Positions 50,278 to 64,000 of a DNA stretch of 64,000 bases are shown here, piece after piece. The number at the start of each line of letters is the position of its first letter. Positions within the stretch are counted from its first letter, which is position 1. Below the pieces are notes generated by a model. The model saw only the letters and a program-made list of their open reading frames with translations, had not been told where the DNA came from and searched no databases. Position numbers and translations under genes: made by a program. Source of the stretch: Isurus oxyrinchus. Taxonomy: Eukaryota. The stretch spans positions 27,156,001-27,220,000 of the forward strand of contig JANJGN010000026.1 of assembly GCA_026770705.1 (NCBI GenBank), in the 5' to 3' direction.

Positions 50278-52844
50278 TTAGGTGCACTAGGTACTGACGG
50301 TGTCATCATCACAGTGGATACAGTGACTTTTTCAGTAATACACTGCAGACTGGATCTGTTATTCTTGCATCAAACATTATATTCATCACATTTAACTTCG
50401 CTGTTCTTAATCTATTCCCTGTGTCCACTTTAATTGCCTTAGTCGCTGCATCTGTAATGGTTGCACTCAGAGCCTACCCGCTATTCAAATTCTAGTGCAA
50501 ACATCTATTATTATTATTATTAGTGCTGAAAACCTCGTCCCTATCAGTTTCCATTAGAAATCTATTTCTGGTATTGATAAGTTAACCCTGTTACTGTTAG
50601 TGTTCCAGCGTGACTTCTTTCACTTATTATTGTGTAAAATATTTTTTCTATTATTATTAAACAAAGGCTTGCTTATTCAAATGTTATATCATGCCTGTCT
50701 TATTCCTGGACTAGCCCATATCTCTGTTTATCTTACTCTCAGGCCCTGTTCATGTAATATTGCATTAGCCCATCTCTCTGACTATATTAGACTAGGCCCT
50801 GTCTCTAATTACTGAGCTAGTCAATATCTCCCTTTGTAACACCGGGTTCTTTTACTGTTATTACATACTAGCCTATATTTCGCTTTATATTACACCAAGT
50901 CGCCTCCCTACTATTACATCACTAGCCCATACCTCTATTTAAATTACATGAATCCCTGTCTCTGTTATTGCTGAACTAACCTATACCTGTGTTTATACCA
51001 CACCAGGTAATGTCTCTGTTATTAATACACTAACTGATATCTCTAGTTATATTACAATAGAGTTTGTCTCTGTTATTACATCACTAGCTCATATTTCGGT
51101 TTATGTTATAACAAGTCCGGTCCCCGTTTATGTTACACCAGGCTCTGTCTCATTATAGATAAGATAACATTGAATATGCAGCTGAGAGACAGATAAATTA
51201 GTCCAAAAATTAGAGTGGTTGGGGTGGAATTTGTGAAGATGACAGTTAAAAACTGCAGAAACAGAGATAGTGAAAGCTCCCCGGAGAGCAGCAGATGCTT
51301 CAATCCTTTCCATCAATAGGAATAATAAGTCGGAGAATTACAAGTCTATTGTTCTCAGATCAGGTATTTGTACAGTTTAGTTTTTTCCATCACTTGCTTA
51401 AATCATCACACAATCGAGATATATATTAGGAGCCTCTGTGAAATGCTGTGGCGATAATTTGCCAATAAACTGCTCGTTATTCTGGATGTGGTTCAATCCA
51501 TTTCCAACTGATCACCGGAGACAAATAAACTTAACTTGGAAATGAAATAGTCAGTCTGACACCACTTTGTCAACAAGAGCACACAACAGAATGGTTATTA
51601 ACAAATTATTACAGTATTAAACAATCTACAATTGAGAGAAATGAAGGATAAATGTAAAACAAAAATTCTAAAGAGATTTATTAGAAAATAAGACCTATTT
51701 TAACATAAACAAAGAAAGGGTCCGGTGCAGTAGTACCGCAACAGTGTCGAGTGCGCCTATTAGTTATACAGAACCTATAGTAAAATAAGTGGAGGCCGGG
51801 CCTAGTTCAGTAATTGCTGAAATAGGATCTAGCAGATTAATGACAGATGTGGTCTAATGTAATATAAACAGAAACATAGTGTACACAGTAATAACAAAGA
51901 CAAGCTCTATTTTCATATGTACAGAATCAAGGTTCAGTGTGATATGAATGGATATAGGGTCTAGTGTAATATAAACTGAGATAAGGCCTCGCAGAATATA
52001 AGCAGCGACGTGATCGAGTGTAATATAAACAAACATGTGATCGAATGGAATATAAAGTGAGGCAGTGCCGAGTGCATTATTATTTGAGACAGAGTCTTGT
52101 ATCATGTGAACAGGGACACGGTCTAATGCCTTAGTAAAGTAGACAGGATCAGGTGTAAGGAAACTGTCACAGGGTCTAGTGCAGTTTTAACTGATAAAGG
52201 AAGCTGTATTATAAACTCAGACAGAGACTAGTGCAGTGATTCCAAACAAAGGCCTTGGATTAGTATAAACAGAGATATGGACAAGTGCAGCAATAAAAGA
52301 GACATATTACAGTACAACAATAGCAGAGACAGGGAATCGTGTGATATAAACAGAGGCATGGGCTGGTGCAGCATCAGTTAAGGCATCCTCTAGTTTAGTA
52401 TAAGCTTGTCAGGGATACTGGTTTCAATAACTGATACAGAGCTTCATTAAATTTAAACAAGAACATGTTCAAATTTAGTACAAATAGAGACAAATTCTAG
52501 TGCAGTCACAACTGAGGCATGAAGTATTGTCATATTAGCTGCGACATGGTTTAATGCAGCTATAACTGAGAGAATGCCAAAGGTAACATGGTGCAGGCTT
52601 AGTACATCAACAACTGAGATTGAGCCCATTACAGAAACAACTGAGACACAACCTGCTGATACAATAAGGGACTTGACCTAGCGTAATATAAACAGACATA
52701 AACAGAGGAAGGTTACAGGGCAGTAATGATTGAGATAGGGCATGCTTCAGCAATCACGATTCCACTGCCATCTACTGGACAAACGTGGATATTGCAAGTG
52801 TTGTGAATGCCGAAGTCAGTCACTGTTTTAGATATTAATCACAG

Positions 52845-54165
52845 AATCATAGAATGATTACTGCACAAAAGGAAGCCAGTCGGCCCTTCCTGTCTGTGCC
52901 GATCCTATTAAGAAGTAAGACACCTAGTACAAGTCATTCCCCTTAGTGCAGCATGATTTTGTCTTTTTGGGATAATAATCTATTTCCTTTTTGAAGGCAT
53001 CCTGCCTCCATTACACTCTCAGGCAGTTAATTCCAGATCCGAATCACTCACAGTGTGAACACCTGAGCCCCCTGATTCTCGATGTCTCCACCAGTGGGAA
53101 CAATCTCTCCCTGCCTAGCTTGTCAAGACCCATCTTGATTTTGATACCTCCATCAAACCTCCTTTTAACCTTCTGTTCTTGAGGGAGGTTCATACCAAAT
53201 TCTCCAATCTTTCTACATAACTAAAGTTCCTCATCTCAGCAAGCGTTCCATGAATCGATTCTTCACCCTCTCTTAATGTCTTTCAATTCTTCCTGAAGTG
53301 TTGTTCCTGGGATTGAACGCTATTCCAGCAACTACAGACCAATCAGTTTAAATTCTATGGTAGGGAAACTTCCAGAAACAATAATTCAGGACAAAATTCA
53401 TAGGTACAGGGACAACTGAGTTTAATTAAGGAAAGCCAGCATGGATCTGTTAAGGGAAAATAATGTTTAAGTAATTTGGTGAAGTTTGTTGAAGAGGTAA
53501 CAGGGAGGGTTGGTGAGGGCAATGCTGTTGATGTGTACATGGATCTCTAAAATGTGTTTGATAAAATGCTGCACAACAGACCTATGAGCAAAGTTATAGT
53601 TAATGGAATAAAAGGAACAGTAGCAACATGGATATGGGATTGGCTGAACGACAGGAAACAGAATAATGATTAATGGATGATTTCGTGCTGGAGGATGGTT
53701 TGAAGTCGAGTTCCAGGCATCAGTATCGGAACCCATGATTTTCCTGACATTTATTTTAATGGATATATATTAATGACGTAGACCTTGGTGTACAGGGCCT
53801 TGAATCAAACTTTGCAGATGAAATAAAACTTGGAAACGTTTTGAACTGTGGAGAGGATAGTGTAGGCCTTCAAAGGAACATAGACATGTTGGGGGAATGG
53901 GCGGACAGGTAGGAGCTTAATATTAACACAGTAAAGTGTGAGGTGATTCAGTTTGGTCGGAAAAACATGGAGAGACAATATAACATGAAAACGTAAAGCG
54001 GTGGTCAACTCTAAAAGTGGTGGAGGAGCAGACGGACCTGCGTGTATATGTACATAAATCATTGAAGATAGCAGGACAGATATTAAGAACAGTTAATAAA
54101 GCATATAGTAATTCTGGATTTTATTAATCGGGGAATTGAGTGCAAGAGCATGGAGGTGATGTTGA
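52845..54165. mobile_element. Two degenerate CR1 fragments (52845-53340 minus, 53355-54165 plus)
   Basis: CR1 tail agaatcatagaat and decayed RT motifs. Confidence 0.7.
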
Positions 54166-54169
54166 ACAA

Positions 54170-56145
54170 CCATCTTCCTTTGTGATACATATGACTCCAA
54201 CCAGCGGAGTCTCTTCCCCTGATTCCCATTGACTCCAGTTTTACTAGGGCGCCTCAGGCTAGACTCGGTCAAATGCTGCCTTGATGTCAAGTGTAGTCAC
54301 TCTCACCTCACCTTGGGAGTTCAGCTCTTTTTTCCATGTTTGGACCAAGGCTGTAATGATGTAAGGAGCTGAGTAACCCTGATGGAACCCAAACTGAGTG
54401 TCAGTGAGCAGGTTATTGATAAGCAAGTGCCGCTTGATAGTACTGTTGATGATCCTTTCCATGACATAACTGATGGGACAGTAATTGGATTTGTCCTGCT
54501 TTTTGTGTACGGGACATACTTGGGCAATTTTCCACATTGTCGGGTAGATGCCTGTGTTGTAGCTGTACTGGAACAGCTTGACCAAGAGCTTGGCAAGTTC
54601 TGGAGCACAAGTCTTCAGTCCTATTGCTGGAATATTGTCAGGGCCATCTTCCTTTGTGCTCGGTATGACTCCAAACAGCGGAGACTTTTCCCCTGATTCC
54701 CATTGACTCCAATTTTGCCAGGATGTCTTGATACCACACTCGGTCAAATGCTGCTTTGATGTCAAGGGCAGTCACTCTCACCCCACCTCGGGACTCCACC
54801 TCTTTTTTCCATGTTTGGACCAAGGCTTCACAGCATCCATTGCCTTCAACCATTTCTTGATATCACGTGGAGTAAATTGAATTGGCTGAAGACTGGCATC
54901 TGTGAGGCTGGGGACTTCCGGAGGAGGCCGAGATGGATCATCCACCCAGCACTTTTGACTGAAGATTGTACAAATGCTTCAGCTTTATCTTTTACACTAA
55001 TGTGCTGGGCTCCCCCATCATTGAAGATTGGGATAGTTGTGGAGCCTCCTCCTCCAATGAACTGTTTAATTGTCCACCACCATTCATGGCTGGATGTGGC
55101 AAGACTGCAGGTCTTAGATCTAACCCGCTGGTTGCGGGGTCACTTAGTTCTGTCTATCAACTGCTGCTTATGTTGATTGGCACCCAAGTAGTCCTGTGTT
55201 AGAGCTTCACCATACCTTGTTTCAGGTATGCCTGGTGCTGCCCCTGGCATGCTCTCCTATATTCTTCTTTGAATCAGGCTTGATCCCCTGGATTGATGGT
55301 GATGGTGGAGTTGGGGAAATGCCAAGCCATGCGGCTACAGGTTGTGGTGGAGTACCGTTCTGCTGTTGCTGATGGCCCACAACGTCCCATGTCAGCTCAG
55401 TCTTGAGTTGCTAGATCTGTTCGAAATCTATCCCATTTATCACGGTGGCAGTGTCACACAACATGATAGAGGGTATCCTCAATGTGAAGGCGGGACTTCT
55501 CTCCACAACGACCGTGCAGTGGTCACACCTACTGATACTGTAATAGACAGGTGCATCTGTGGCAGGTGGGCTGGTGAGGATGGGGTCAAGTATGCTTTTC
55601 GCTCTTGTTGGTTCCCTCACCACCTGCCACAGACACAATCTAGCAGCCATATCATTTAGGACTCGGCCAGCTCGGTCAATAGTGGTGCTACCGAGCTGCT
55701 TCTGGTGATGGACATTGAACTCCTTCACCCGGAGAACATCCTGTGCCCATGCCACCTTCAGTGCTTCCTCCAAGTGGTGTCCAACATGGAGGAGCACTGA
55801 TTCATCAGCTGAGGGGGATGGCACGTGGTAATCAGCAGGAGATTTCCTAGCCCATGTTTGACCTGATGTCATGAGACTTCATGGGGTCCGGAGTCAATTC
55901 TGACTCCTTCCAGAGCAATTCCACCCCAACAATATACCACGGTGCCGCCACCTCTGCTGGGTCTGTCCTGCCGGTGGGACAGGACATACACTGGGATGGT
56001 GATGGTGGTGTCTGGGATGTTACCTGTAAGATATGATTTCGTGAGGATGACTATGTGAGGCTGTTGCTTGACTAGCCTGTGAGGCAGCTCTACTAATTTT
56101 GGCCCTAGCCCCCAGATGTTCATAAGGAGGACTTTGCAGGGTTGA
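54170..56145 (-). mobile_element. Rearranged non-LTR retrotransposon (APE + RT fragments, CR1/L2 group)
   Basis: PHIVILTKSYL...RQDRPSRGGG (APE), WKIAQVCPVHKK...QFGF...LDIKAAFDRV (RT), with an internal duplication of the RT piece. Confidence 0.8.
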
Positions 56146-57615
56146 CAGGGCTGCGTTTCCTGCTGTCACTTACAGTGCCTTGGTCGATGCAGCGTTGTCT
56201 ATCTGGTTCCATCCCTCTTAGACATTTTAGTGGTTTGATACAACTTAGTAGCTTGCTGGGCCATTTGAGAGGGCAGTCAAGAGTCAACCACATTGCTGTT
56301 CGTCTGGAGTCACATGTAGGCCAGACGAGGTAAGACGGGGTGACAAATTTCCTTCCCTAAAGGACATCAGTGAACCAGATGGGTTTTCCCGACAATCGAC
56401 AATGATGCCAATGTCATCGTTAGACTTTTAATTTCAGATTTTTGAATTTCAATTCCACTATTTTGGACCCGGGTCCCCAGAGCCTTGCCCTGGGTCTCTG
56501 GATTACTAGACCAGCGACAATACGACTACGCCACCGCCCTGGCAATCTTTGTTGGTGAGTGTACAGGGAGTTTTACCCTGTAGCTATTCCCTGCTGTATC
56601 TGCCTTGGATTTGTTTTATGGGACCGTTGAGGAAGGTTTATTCAGCACTAAAACAAGTTCCCTTTCTTCCACGTTCTTGTTGAGGAACATGCCAATGGAT
56701 TATTTGCTACTGCCTACCACAAGCCCAACTTCACTGGGAGGATAATGGCTACCCCGATCTGATCGTTGCTCGCTATTAATGCTGCATACTAACAAACAGA
56801 GCTAAGTCTGCCAATTCCGGACCTGAAAAGTCCCCTGTCTTACCTTGGATTACCCTGGAATGGTAAAGTGTTTCAAAAATTTGGGGAATGGCTGAAGTTA
56901 GCTGTTTCACGCTGCTACTATGCAATAACAACAGAGGTCGCATTGTCCACCAACATAATGCTGCCATCAAGCCAAAACGACTCTCTGCCTACCACACAAA
57001 TACGTAACGTGCTATATGAATGTCAGTGTCAGTTGATTCCAGGTACGTAGGCAATATGCTCCAACGACTGGCGGACTGTATCAAATAGCATGTCCCTTTG
57101 ATTTTTCGCACTCCACTGCCCGTGCTTCAAAAACTCGGAGTGTCCAACATTTGAGGTGATTGTGCGATTTGACAACAGTTACTGAACTATCCTGTTTGTG
57201 CTAAGAATTACACTAACAACTAATTTAAGTTTATCAGTCACGCTCACTGTGTGGTTCACGTACATGTGCTAGGAGCCAAAAATATTCATATACAGAGCCC
57301 TGTCATTTGCAAATAGAAAGAACATGTCCACACACTGTGCCCTGTTCAACTGAATAACAGTTTAGGGGAGCAGCCATTCTCAGGTTCATTCCTCATGGAA
57401 AGCCTGGGCCAGTCAGAGTCTACTGATCTGATTTGAATGTAGACAAAGGCTTCACAGCAAACTGTCTGTCTCCATGGCAATTGCTCTACCAATCAGCGTC
57501 CACTTAACAACGAATCATCACCCTTCTCTCCTGCAACATAAGTTATTGCTACCTTTGAGATTCAGCATTTTTCCTCATGAGAGCAAGATGAAAAGCTTCG
57601 ACAGCTTCCTCCTCT

Positions 57616-57623
<8 letters not shown>

Positions 57624-57654
<31 letters not shown>

Positions 57655-57658
57655 TATA
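57624..57658. repeat. (AT)n microsatellite
   Basis: Direct read. Confidence 0.95.
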
Positions 57659-59212
57659 GTGTACATATTGTAAAATGTGTAAGCTTATATTGCATTATAT
57701 GCATTTGCATATAGAGTATATAGTGTACACGTGTGTACAAAGCACAAAATTAATCATTATTAATGTTTGCAAATGCATCTCTCTGGTTATATTACACTAG
57801 ACCGTGAATCAATTAATATTGTGAAAGGTCATGCCTCTGTATAAATTGTGCAAAATCCATTTTGAATTATTCTGGCACTTGAGTGTGTCTCTGCTTACAT
57901 ATTGCCAAATTTTTTTCATGATATTAGATCCTGTTGTGTAATTATGTCATTTTGTCTGTTTTCATATTAAACTAGAAAACGATTCTGTTTCTGGCACACT
58001 AGTCCATCCCATTTTGTTCTTTATATTGCACTAGTCCATGTCTTTATTAGTCTGCATTTCAAAGCTCGCATACCCATCCGCACTGCGCCAAACTATGAGC
58101 AGATGGTTACTATATAAATGCATGTATTGCATTATATATGCTTGCACAGGTAGCATGTAGAGTATTTGTGTGTACAAAACACATCATTCTTAATGTTTCT
58201 GTGACTGGTTATATGAAACACGCTCTGCCTTATTTAATATTGTGCAAGGCCATGTCTTTGTTTAAATTGCACAAAGCCCAGTTTCAATTATTATTGTACT
58301 TGAGTGTGCCTCCATTTACATAACACGAGTCTCTACCTCAATTTTCAATGAAGTAGAATATATTCACGTTGGCATTTGATTAGTTCCTGCCTCTGGAATT
58401 AATTTACGAGATCTTCTCTCTATTACATTAAACCAGGTCTCGTTTCATGAGATTTGGTCCTTTTTTCTGTGATTACGTCATGACACATTTTGGCTCTGTT
58501 CATGTTACAGTAGACAATTGTTTTGTTGCCATCACACTAGGACCATTCAATGTCGCTATTTAGATTATGCCAGACCATGTCATTGTTATTCGGTGTTTCA
58601 AACCTCCCATCCACACTTTCTCACCAAATGATGAGCAGACAGATTTTCTTCGGTGACTCAAATGAGACTAGGGATCTTACACTGTACACATTAGCTGCAT
58701 CATTTCTTAACGAAAGACACAGAACACAGAAAGTAGAAGCAAGAGGAGGTAATTCAATATGATCATGGCTGATCCTCCATCTCAACGCCATATTCCCGTT
58801 CTCCTCTCATATCCCTTGACGCCTTTAGAGTTCATAAATCTATTCCCTTCTTAAGTGTATTTAGTGACATGGCCTCCACAGCCCTCTGTGATAGAGAATT
58901 CAACAGGGTCACCGCCCTCTGAGCGAGGAGGTTTCTCTTCATCTCAGTCTTAAATGGCCTTCCTGTACCCTGTGATTGTGACCTCATGTTAAGGCCACCA
59001 ACCAGAGAAAACATTATCCTTGCATCCAGTCTGCACAACCCTGTTAGAATTTTAGACGTTTCAATGGGATCTCCTCACATTCTTCCAAACTCTTGTGAAT
59101 GTAGGCCTATTCGGCTAAATTTCTCATTACATGACAATCCCGCCATTCCAGGAATTAGTCTGGTAAACCTTCACTGCACTCACTCTATGGCAAGTATATC
59201 CTTTCTTAGGTG

Positions 59213-59716
59213 TGTTAGGGGGAATACAGTAAGAATTTATTGAAAGGGAATTACTTAGAATCTCCAGGCAGACAGTGCCATCAAGTACATTAACAGTTAA
59301 GGGTTACCAGATGAACTTTGCACACCCTTAGGGCCTGCAATCACCAGAAAGGCCCTGGAACTTGGACTAGAGATGCAGGGTGAAAACAGGATAGATTAAG
59401 TGTCCTCTTCAATAGATAAGGGAAGGACAGATGGTTCCAGCTTAGGTAGGGAGAGACGGTTGTGCCTGGTGAAGGCAAATGGATTCACCTAGAACCAGAG
59501 ATATCTGTTTATCGCAAAGCTATATGTTGACAAGATTGGAACCTGAGCAATGTTCTTTACGTGATCAGTGATGTATAAATAAGTTGTATACTTGTAATTT
59601 GGTCGAGTGCTACCTCAAGCTGCTTTGAGGTGGTTTTCTCCTTTCAATTGCTCGAATAAACAATCGTAACCTGTACGTGAGCCTCCTGTGGTTCATTTGT
59701 CAAAGGTACCACAACA
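59213..59716 (+). mobile_element. Solo LTR (504 bp), 4-bp TSD GGTG
   Basis: TGTT...AACA termini, GGTG at 59209-59212 and 59717-59720, TATAAAT near 59574, AATAAA at 59655-59660. Confidence 0.88.
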
Positions 59717-60261
59717 GGTGAGGAGGGCAAAACTGCTCACAATAGCCCAGGTGTGATCTCACCAAGGCCCTGTATAGCTGCAGTGAGACATCCTTGCTCC
59801 TCTACTCAAGGCCTCTTGCAATGAAAGCCAACATACCACCTGCCTTCTTCAATGCTTGCTGCACCTGCATGCTTGCTTTCAATGACTGGCGTACAAGGAC
59901 ACCCAGATCCCTTTGAACATCGACATTCCCCAATCTATCACCATTTAAATAATACTCTGCCATTGTGTGTTTCCTACCAAAGTGGATAACTTCACCAGGG
60001 GTCACAGTCTGAGGATATGGGGTAGACCATTTAGGACGGAGATGAGGAGAAATTTCTTCACCCAGAGAGTGATGAACCTGTGGAATTCGTTACCACAGAA
60101 AGTAGTTGAGAACAAAACATTGTATGTTTTCAAGAAGGAGTTAGATATAGCTCTTGGGGCAAAAGGGATCAAAGACTATGGGGAGAAAGCGGGAGCAGGC
60201 AATTGAGTTGGATGATCAGCAATGATCATAGTGAATGGCGGAGCAGGCTCAAAGGGCCGAA

Positions 60262-63117
60262 TAAGACCATAAGACCATAAGAGATAGGAGCAGAAATTGG
60301 GCCATTCGGCCCAATGAGCTTGCTCTGCCCTTCAATCATGGCTGACGTTTCTCAACCCCATTCTCCCGCCATCTCCCCGTAATCTTTGATCCTCTTACCA
60401 ATCAAGAACCTATCTATCTCGATCTTAAATACACTCAATGACCTGGCCTCCACAGCCTTCTGTGGCAATGAATTCCATAGATTCACCACTCCATGGCTAA
60501 AGAAGTTTCTCCTCATCTCTGTTCTAAAAGGTCTTTCCTTTACTCTGAAGCTCTGCCCTCGGGTCCTAGTCTCTCCTACAAATGGAAACATCTTCCCCAC
60601 GTCCACTCTATCCAGGCCTTTCAGTATTCTGTCAGTTTCAATCAGATCCCCCCTCATCCTTCTAAACTCCATCAAGTATAGACCCAGAATCCTCAAACGT
60701 TCTTCAAATGTTAAGCCTTTCATTCCTGGGATCATTCTCGTGAACCTCCTCTGGACCCTCTCCAGGGCCAGCACATCCTTCCTGAGATACGGGGCCCAAA
60801 ATTGCCCAGAATATTCTAAATGTGGTCTGACCAGAGCCTTATAAAGCCTTAGCAGCAAATCCTTGCTTTTATATTATAGTCCTCTCGGAATAATTTGCCT
60901 TCCTAACTACCGACTCAACCTGCAAGTTAACCTTAAGAGAATCCTGGACTAGGACTCCCAAGCCCCTTCCACTCCAGATTTCTGAATTTTCTCCCCATTT
61001 AGAAAATCATCTATGCCTCTATTCTTCCTACCAAAGTGCATGACCTCACACTTCCCCATGTTGTATTCCATCTGCCACTTCTTTGCCCATTCTCCTAACC
61101 TGTCTAAATCCTTCTGCAGCCTCCCCACCTCCTCAATACAACCTGTCCCTCCACCTATCTTTGTATCATCTGCAAACTTATCAAAATGCCCTCAGTTCCT
61201 TCATCTAGATCATTAATGTATCAAGTGAAAAGTTGTGGTCCCAACACTGACCCCTGCAGAACTCCACTAGTCACCGGCCACCAATCTGAGAAAGCCCCCC
61301 TTAATCCCACTCTCTGCACCCTGCCAGACAACCAATCTTCTATCCATGCTAGTACCTTGCCTCTAACACCATGGATTCTTATCTTACTGAGCAGCCTTCT
61401 GTGCAGCACCTTATCAAAGGCCTTCTGGAAGTCCAAGTAGATAACATCCATTGGCTCTCCTTTGTCTAATCTACTCGTTACCTCCTCAACGAATTCCAAC
61501 AGATTTGTCAGGCATGACCTCCCCTTGATGAAACCATGCTGACTTTGCCCGATTTTACCATGCACTTCCAAGTATTCTGAAATCTCATCCTTAATAATGG
61601 AAGCTAAAATCTTACCAATGACCGAGGTCAGGCTAATCGGCCTGTAATTTCCCGTCTTTTGCCTCACTCCCTTCTTAAACAGGGGGGTTACACTAGCGAT
61701 TTTCCAGTCCTCTGGGACCCTCCCTGACTCCAGTGATTCCTGAAAGATCACCACTAATGTGTCCACTATCTCTTCTGCTATCTCCTTCAGAACTCTGGGG
61801 TGTAATCCATCTGGTCCAGGTGATTTATCCACCTTCAGACCTTTCAGTTTTCCTAGCACCTTCTCCTTGGTAATGGCCACCATACTCACCTCTGCCCCCC
61901 AACTCTCTTGAACACTGGGGATATTACTCGTGTCTTCCACCATGTAGACTGATGCAAAGTACCTATTCAGTTCCTCTGCCATTTCATTGTTCCCCATTAT
62001 TACTTCTCCAGCGTCATTTTCCAGTGGCCCATTGTCCAATTTTGCCTCTCTCTTACCTTTTATATATCTAAAAAAACTCTTGCAATCTTCTTTTATATTA
62101 CTGGCTAGTTTACCCTCATATTTAATCTTCTACCTCCTTATTTCTTTTTTAGTTGTCCTCTGTTGGTTTTTGTAGGCTTCCCAATCCCCTGACTTCCCAC
62201 TGCTCTTCGCCGCATTATATGCTTTCTCTTTAGCTTTTATGCTGTTCCTGACTTCCCTTGTCAGCCAAGGTTGCCTCGCCCTCACTTTAGTATGTTTTTT
62301 TCTTCCTAGGGATGAATTTTTGCTGTGTGTCCCAAATTACTCCCAGAAACTCCTGCCATTGCTGTTCCACTGGTTTTCCTGTTAGGCTCATCTCCCAGTC
62401 AATTCTGGCCAGTTCCTCCCTCATGCCTCTGTAGTTGCCTTTATCAACTGTAATACCGTTACATCTGATTCCAGCTTTTTCCTCTCAAATTGCAGGGTAA
62501 ATTCTATCATATTATGGTCACTTCCTCCTGAAGGTTGTTTCATCTTAAGTTCCCTTATCAAACCTGCCTCATTACACATCACTAAATCTAGAATTTCCTG
62601 TTTCCTAGTGGGCTCCACCACAAGCTGCTCCAAAAAGCCATCTCGTAGACATTCCACAAATTCCTTTTCTTGGGATCCACTACCAACCTGATTTTTCCAG
62701 CCTTCCTGCATATTGAAATCCCCCATGATCACTGTAACCTTGCCTTTCTTACATGCTTTTTCTATCTCCTGGATAGAATCTTGCGCCTCACATTCTGACT
62801 ACTGTTCAGAGGCCTGTACATAACTCCCATTATGGTTTTTTTTTTACCTTTGCAGTTCCATAACTCTACCCACACAGATTCTACATCATCTGACACTACG
62901 TCATTTCTTGCTATCGATTTAATTTTATTTCTTACTAACAAAGCAACGCCACCCCCTCTGCCAACCTGCCTATCTTTTCGATAGGATGTATACCCTTGGA
63001 TATTTAGCTCCCAGTCCTGATCCCCTTGCAGCCATGTCTCCGTGATGCCCACCACATCATACCTGCCAATTTCAATCTGTGCCACAAGCTCATTTACCTT
63101 ATTTCGTATACTGTGTG
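60262..63117 (-). mobile_element. Near-complete CR1 ORF2 (APE + RT, frameshifted) with (TCTTATGG)n tail
   Basis: ORFs YDVVGITETWL, IMGDFN...SDHN, GPDGLHPRVLKE...YLDFQKAFDKV and YKALVRPHLEY...RGDLIE. Confidence 0.95.
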
Positions 63118-64000
63118 CCTACTCTTGCTCCTAACTTCTATGTTTCTATGTTTCACACTTATCCACTTTGCACTGAATCTGCTATGTATTTGCCCACTCA
63201 CTCAACTTGTCTATATTGCCTTGTAGCCTCTTAGCATTCTCCTCACCACTGTCATTCCCACCTAGTTTTATGTCGTCAGCAAATTTGGAAATATTACATT
63301 TGGTTCCCTCATTCAAATAATTGATATAAGGAATTCATGCACCATGAAATACGGTGGCCCTGTTTATAAACATACGTCTTAGGAAACAATCAGTTGATCA
63401 TGGCTTGTATGCCAGCCCTTTGAATGAGCCATCCAGTTAGTTACATTCATCTACTCAGTGTTCAAATCCGCCCTATTCAAGTATTTATCAAATTCTTGTG
63501 TGGAAGCTACTCTTCAACTTGCGCCCAGCTTCCTTTCAGTTAGCACATTTCAGAGCACAAATCACTGCTTAAGAATTCCCCATGTTATCAATTACATTAT
63601 TTTAAGCATTAAAGGTGAACTTCATGGACATAGAGTTTCAGTGGTGCAGAGCTGTTCATGACAAAGAACGAAAGGTAAACCAAAGGAAAGGGAAAGAAAG
63701 GTAGGAAGGAAGAAGGGAGGGAAGGCAGGCAAGAAGGAAGGAGAAAAAGATAATAATTTATTCAGCGCCTTTCAACACCCCAAGATGTTCCAAAGTGCTT
63801 TAGAACCAATGAAGTATTTTACAGTTGCAATGTCGGATTTTGGCAGAAAATGTGCGCAGAGCAAGATTCCAGAGATATATGGAACACTTGAACACAAATA
63901 CGATTTCAGTTGTATCAGATGAGAGACAAATATTGGCCCAGAGCCCTGGGGTGAACACTTCCTCTGTTTTTTTGTGAAACAGTGACAGTGGCTGAATTTA

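Larger units (their letters stand above)
58725..63330 (-). mobile_element. Old CR1 LINE (58725-59995 + 63156-63330) hosting nested insertions
   Basis: RT sequence breaks at gtggataacttcac (59995) and resumes at ttcacacttatccac (63152). Confidence 0.8.

Overview
Cartilaginous-fish (shark-like) genomic DNA with three assembly gaps. The main feature is one minus-strand IgM heavy-chain cluster (about 4.6-23.0 kb): leader exon, a VDJ exon already joined in frame with no RSSs or intervening DNA, an 11.3-kb J-C intron, CH1-CH4 with secretory tail, then TM1 and TM2. All canonical splice junctions keep frame except CH2. CH2 is 298 nt and frameshifted near its 3' end, so splicing it to CH3 creates a TGA exactly at the junction. 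Skipping CH2 gives an open VDJ-CH1-CH3-CH4 chain (465 aa secreted), the domain layout known for nurse shark IgM1gj. This is either an IgM1gj-like antibody gene losing CH2 or a decaying germline-joined pseudogene. The rest is repeat DNA: Penelope-like elements (PLEs) with minimal hammerhead ribozyme motifs, a 158-bp palindromic insert, CR1/RTE/other LINE relics including a nested stack with a solo LTR, SINEs, a 27/54-bp satellite, a tandem ~3-3.7 kb duplication and three tRNA pseudogenes. I found no other V segment or host gene in the 41 kb upstream of the leader.
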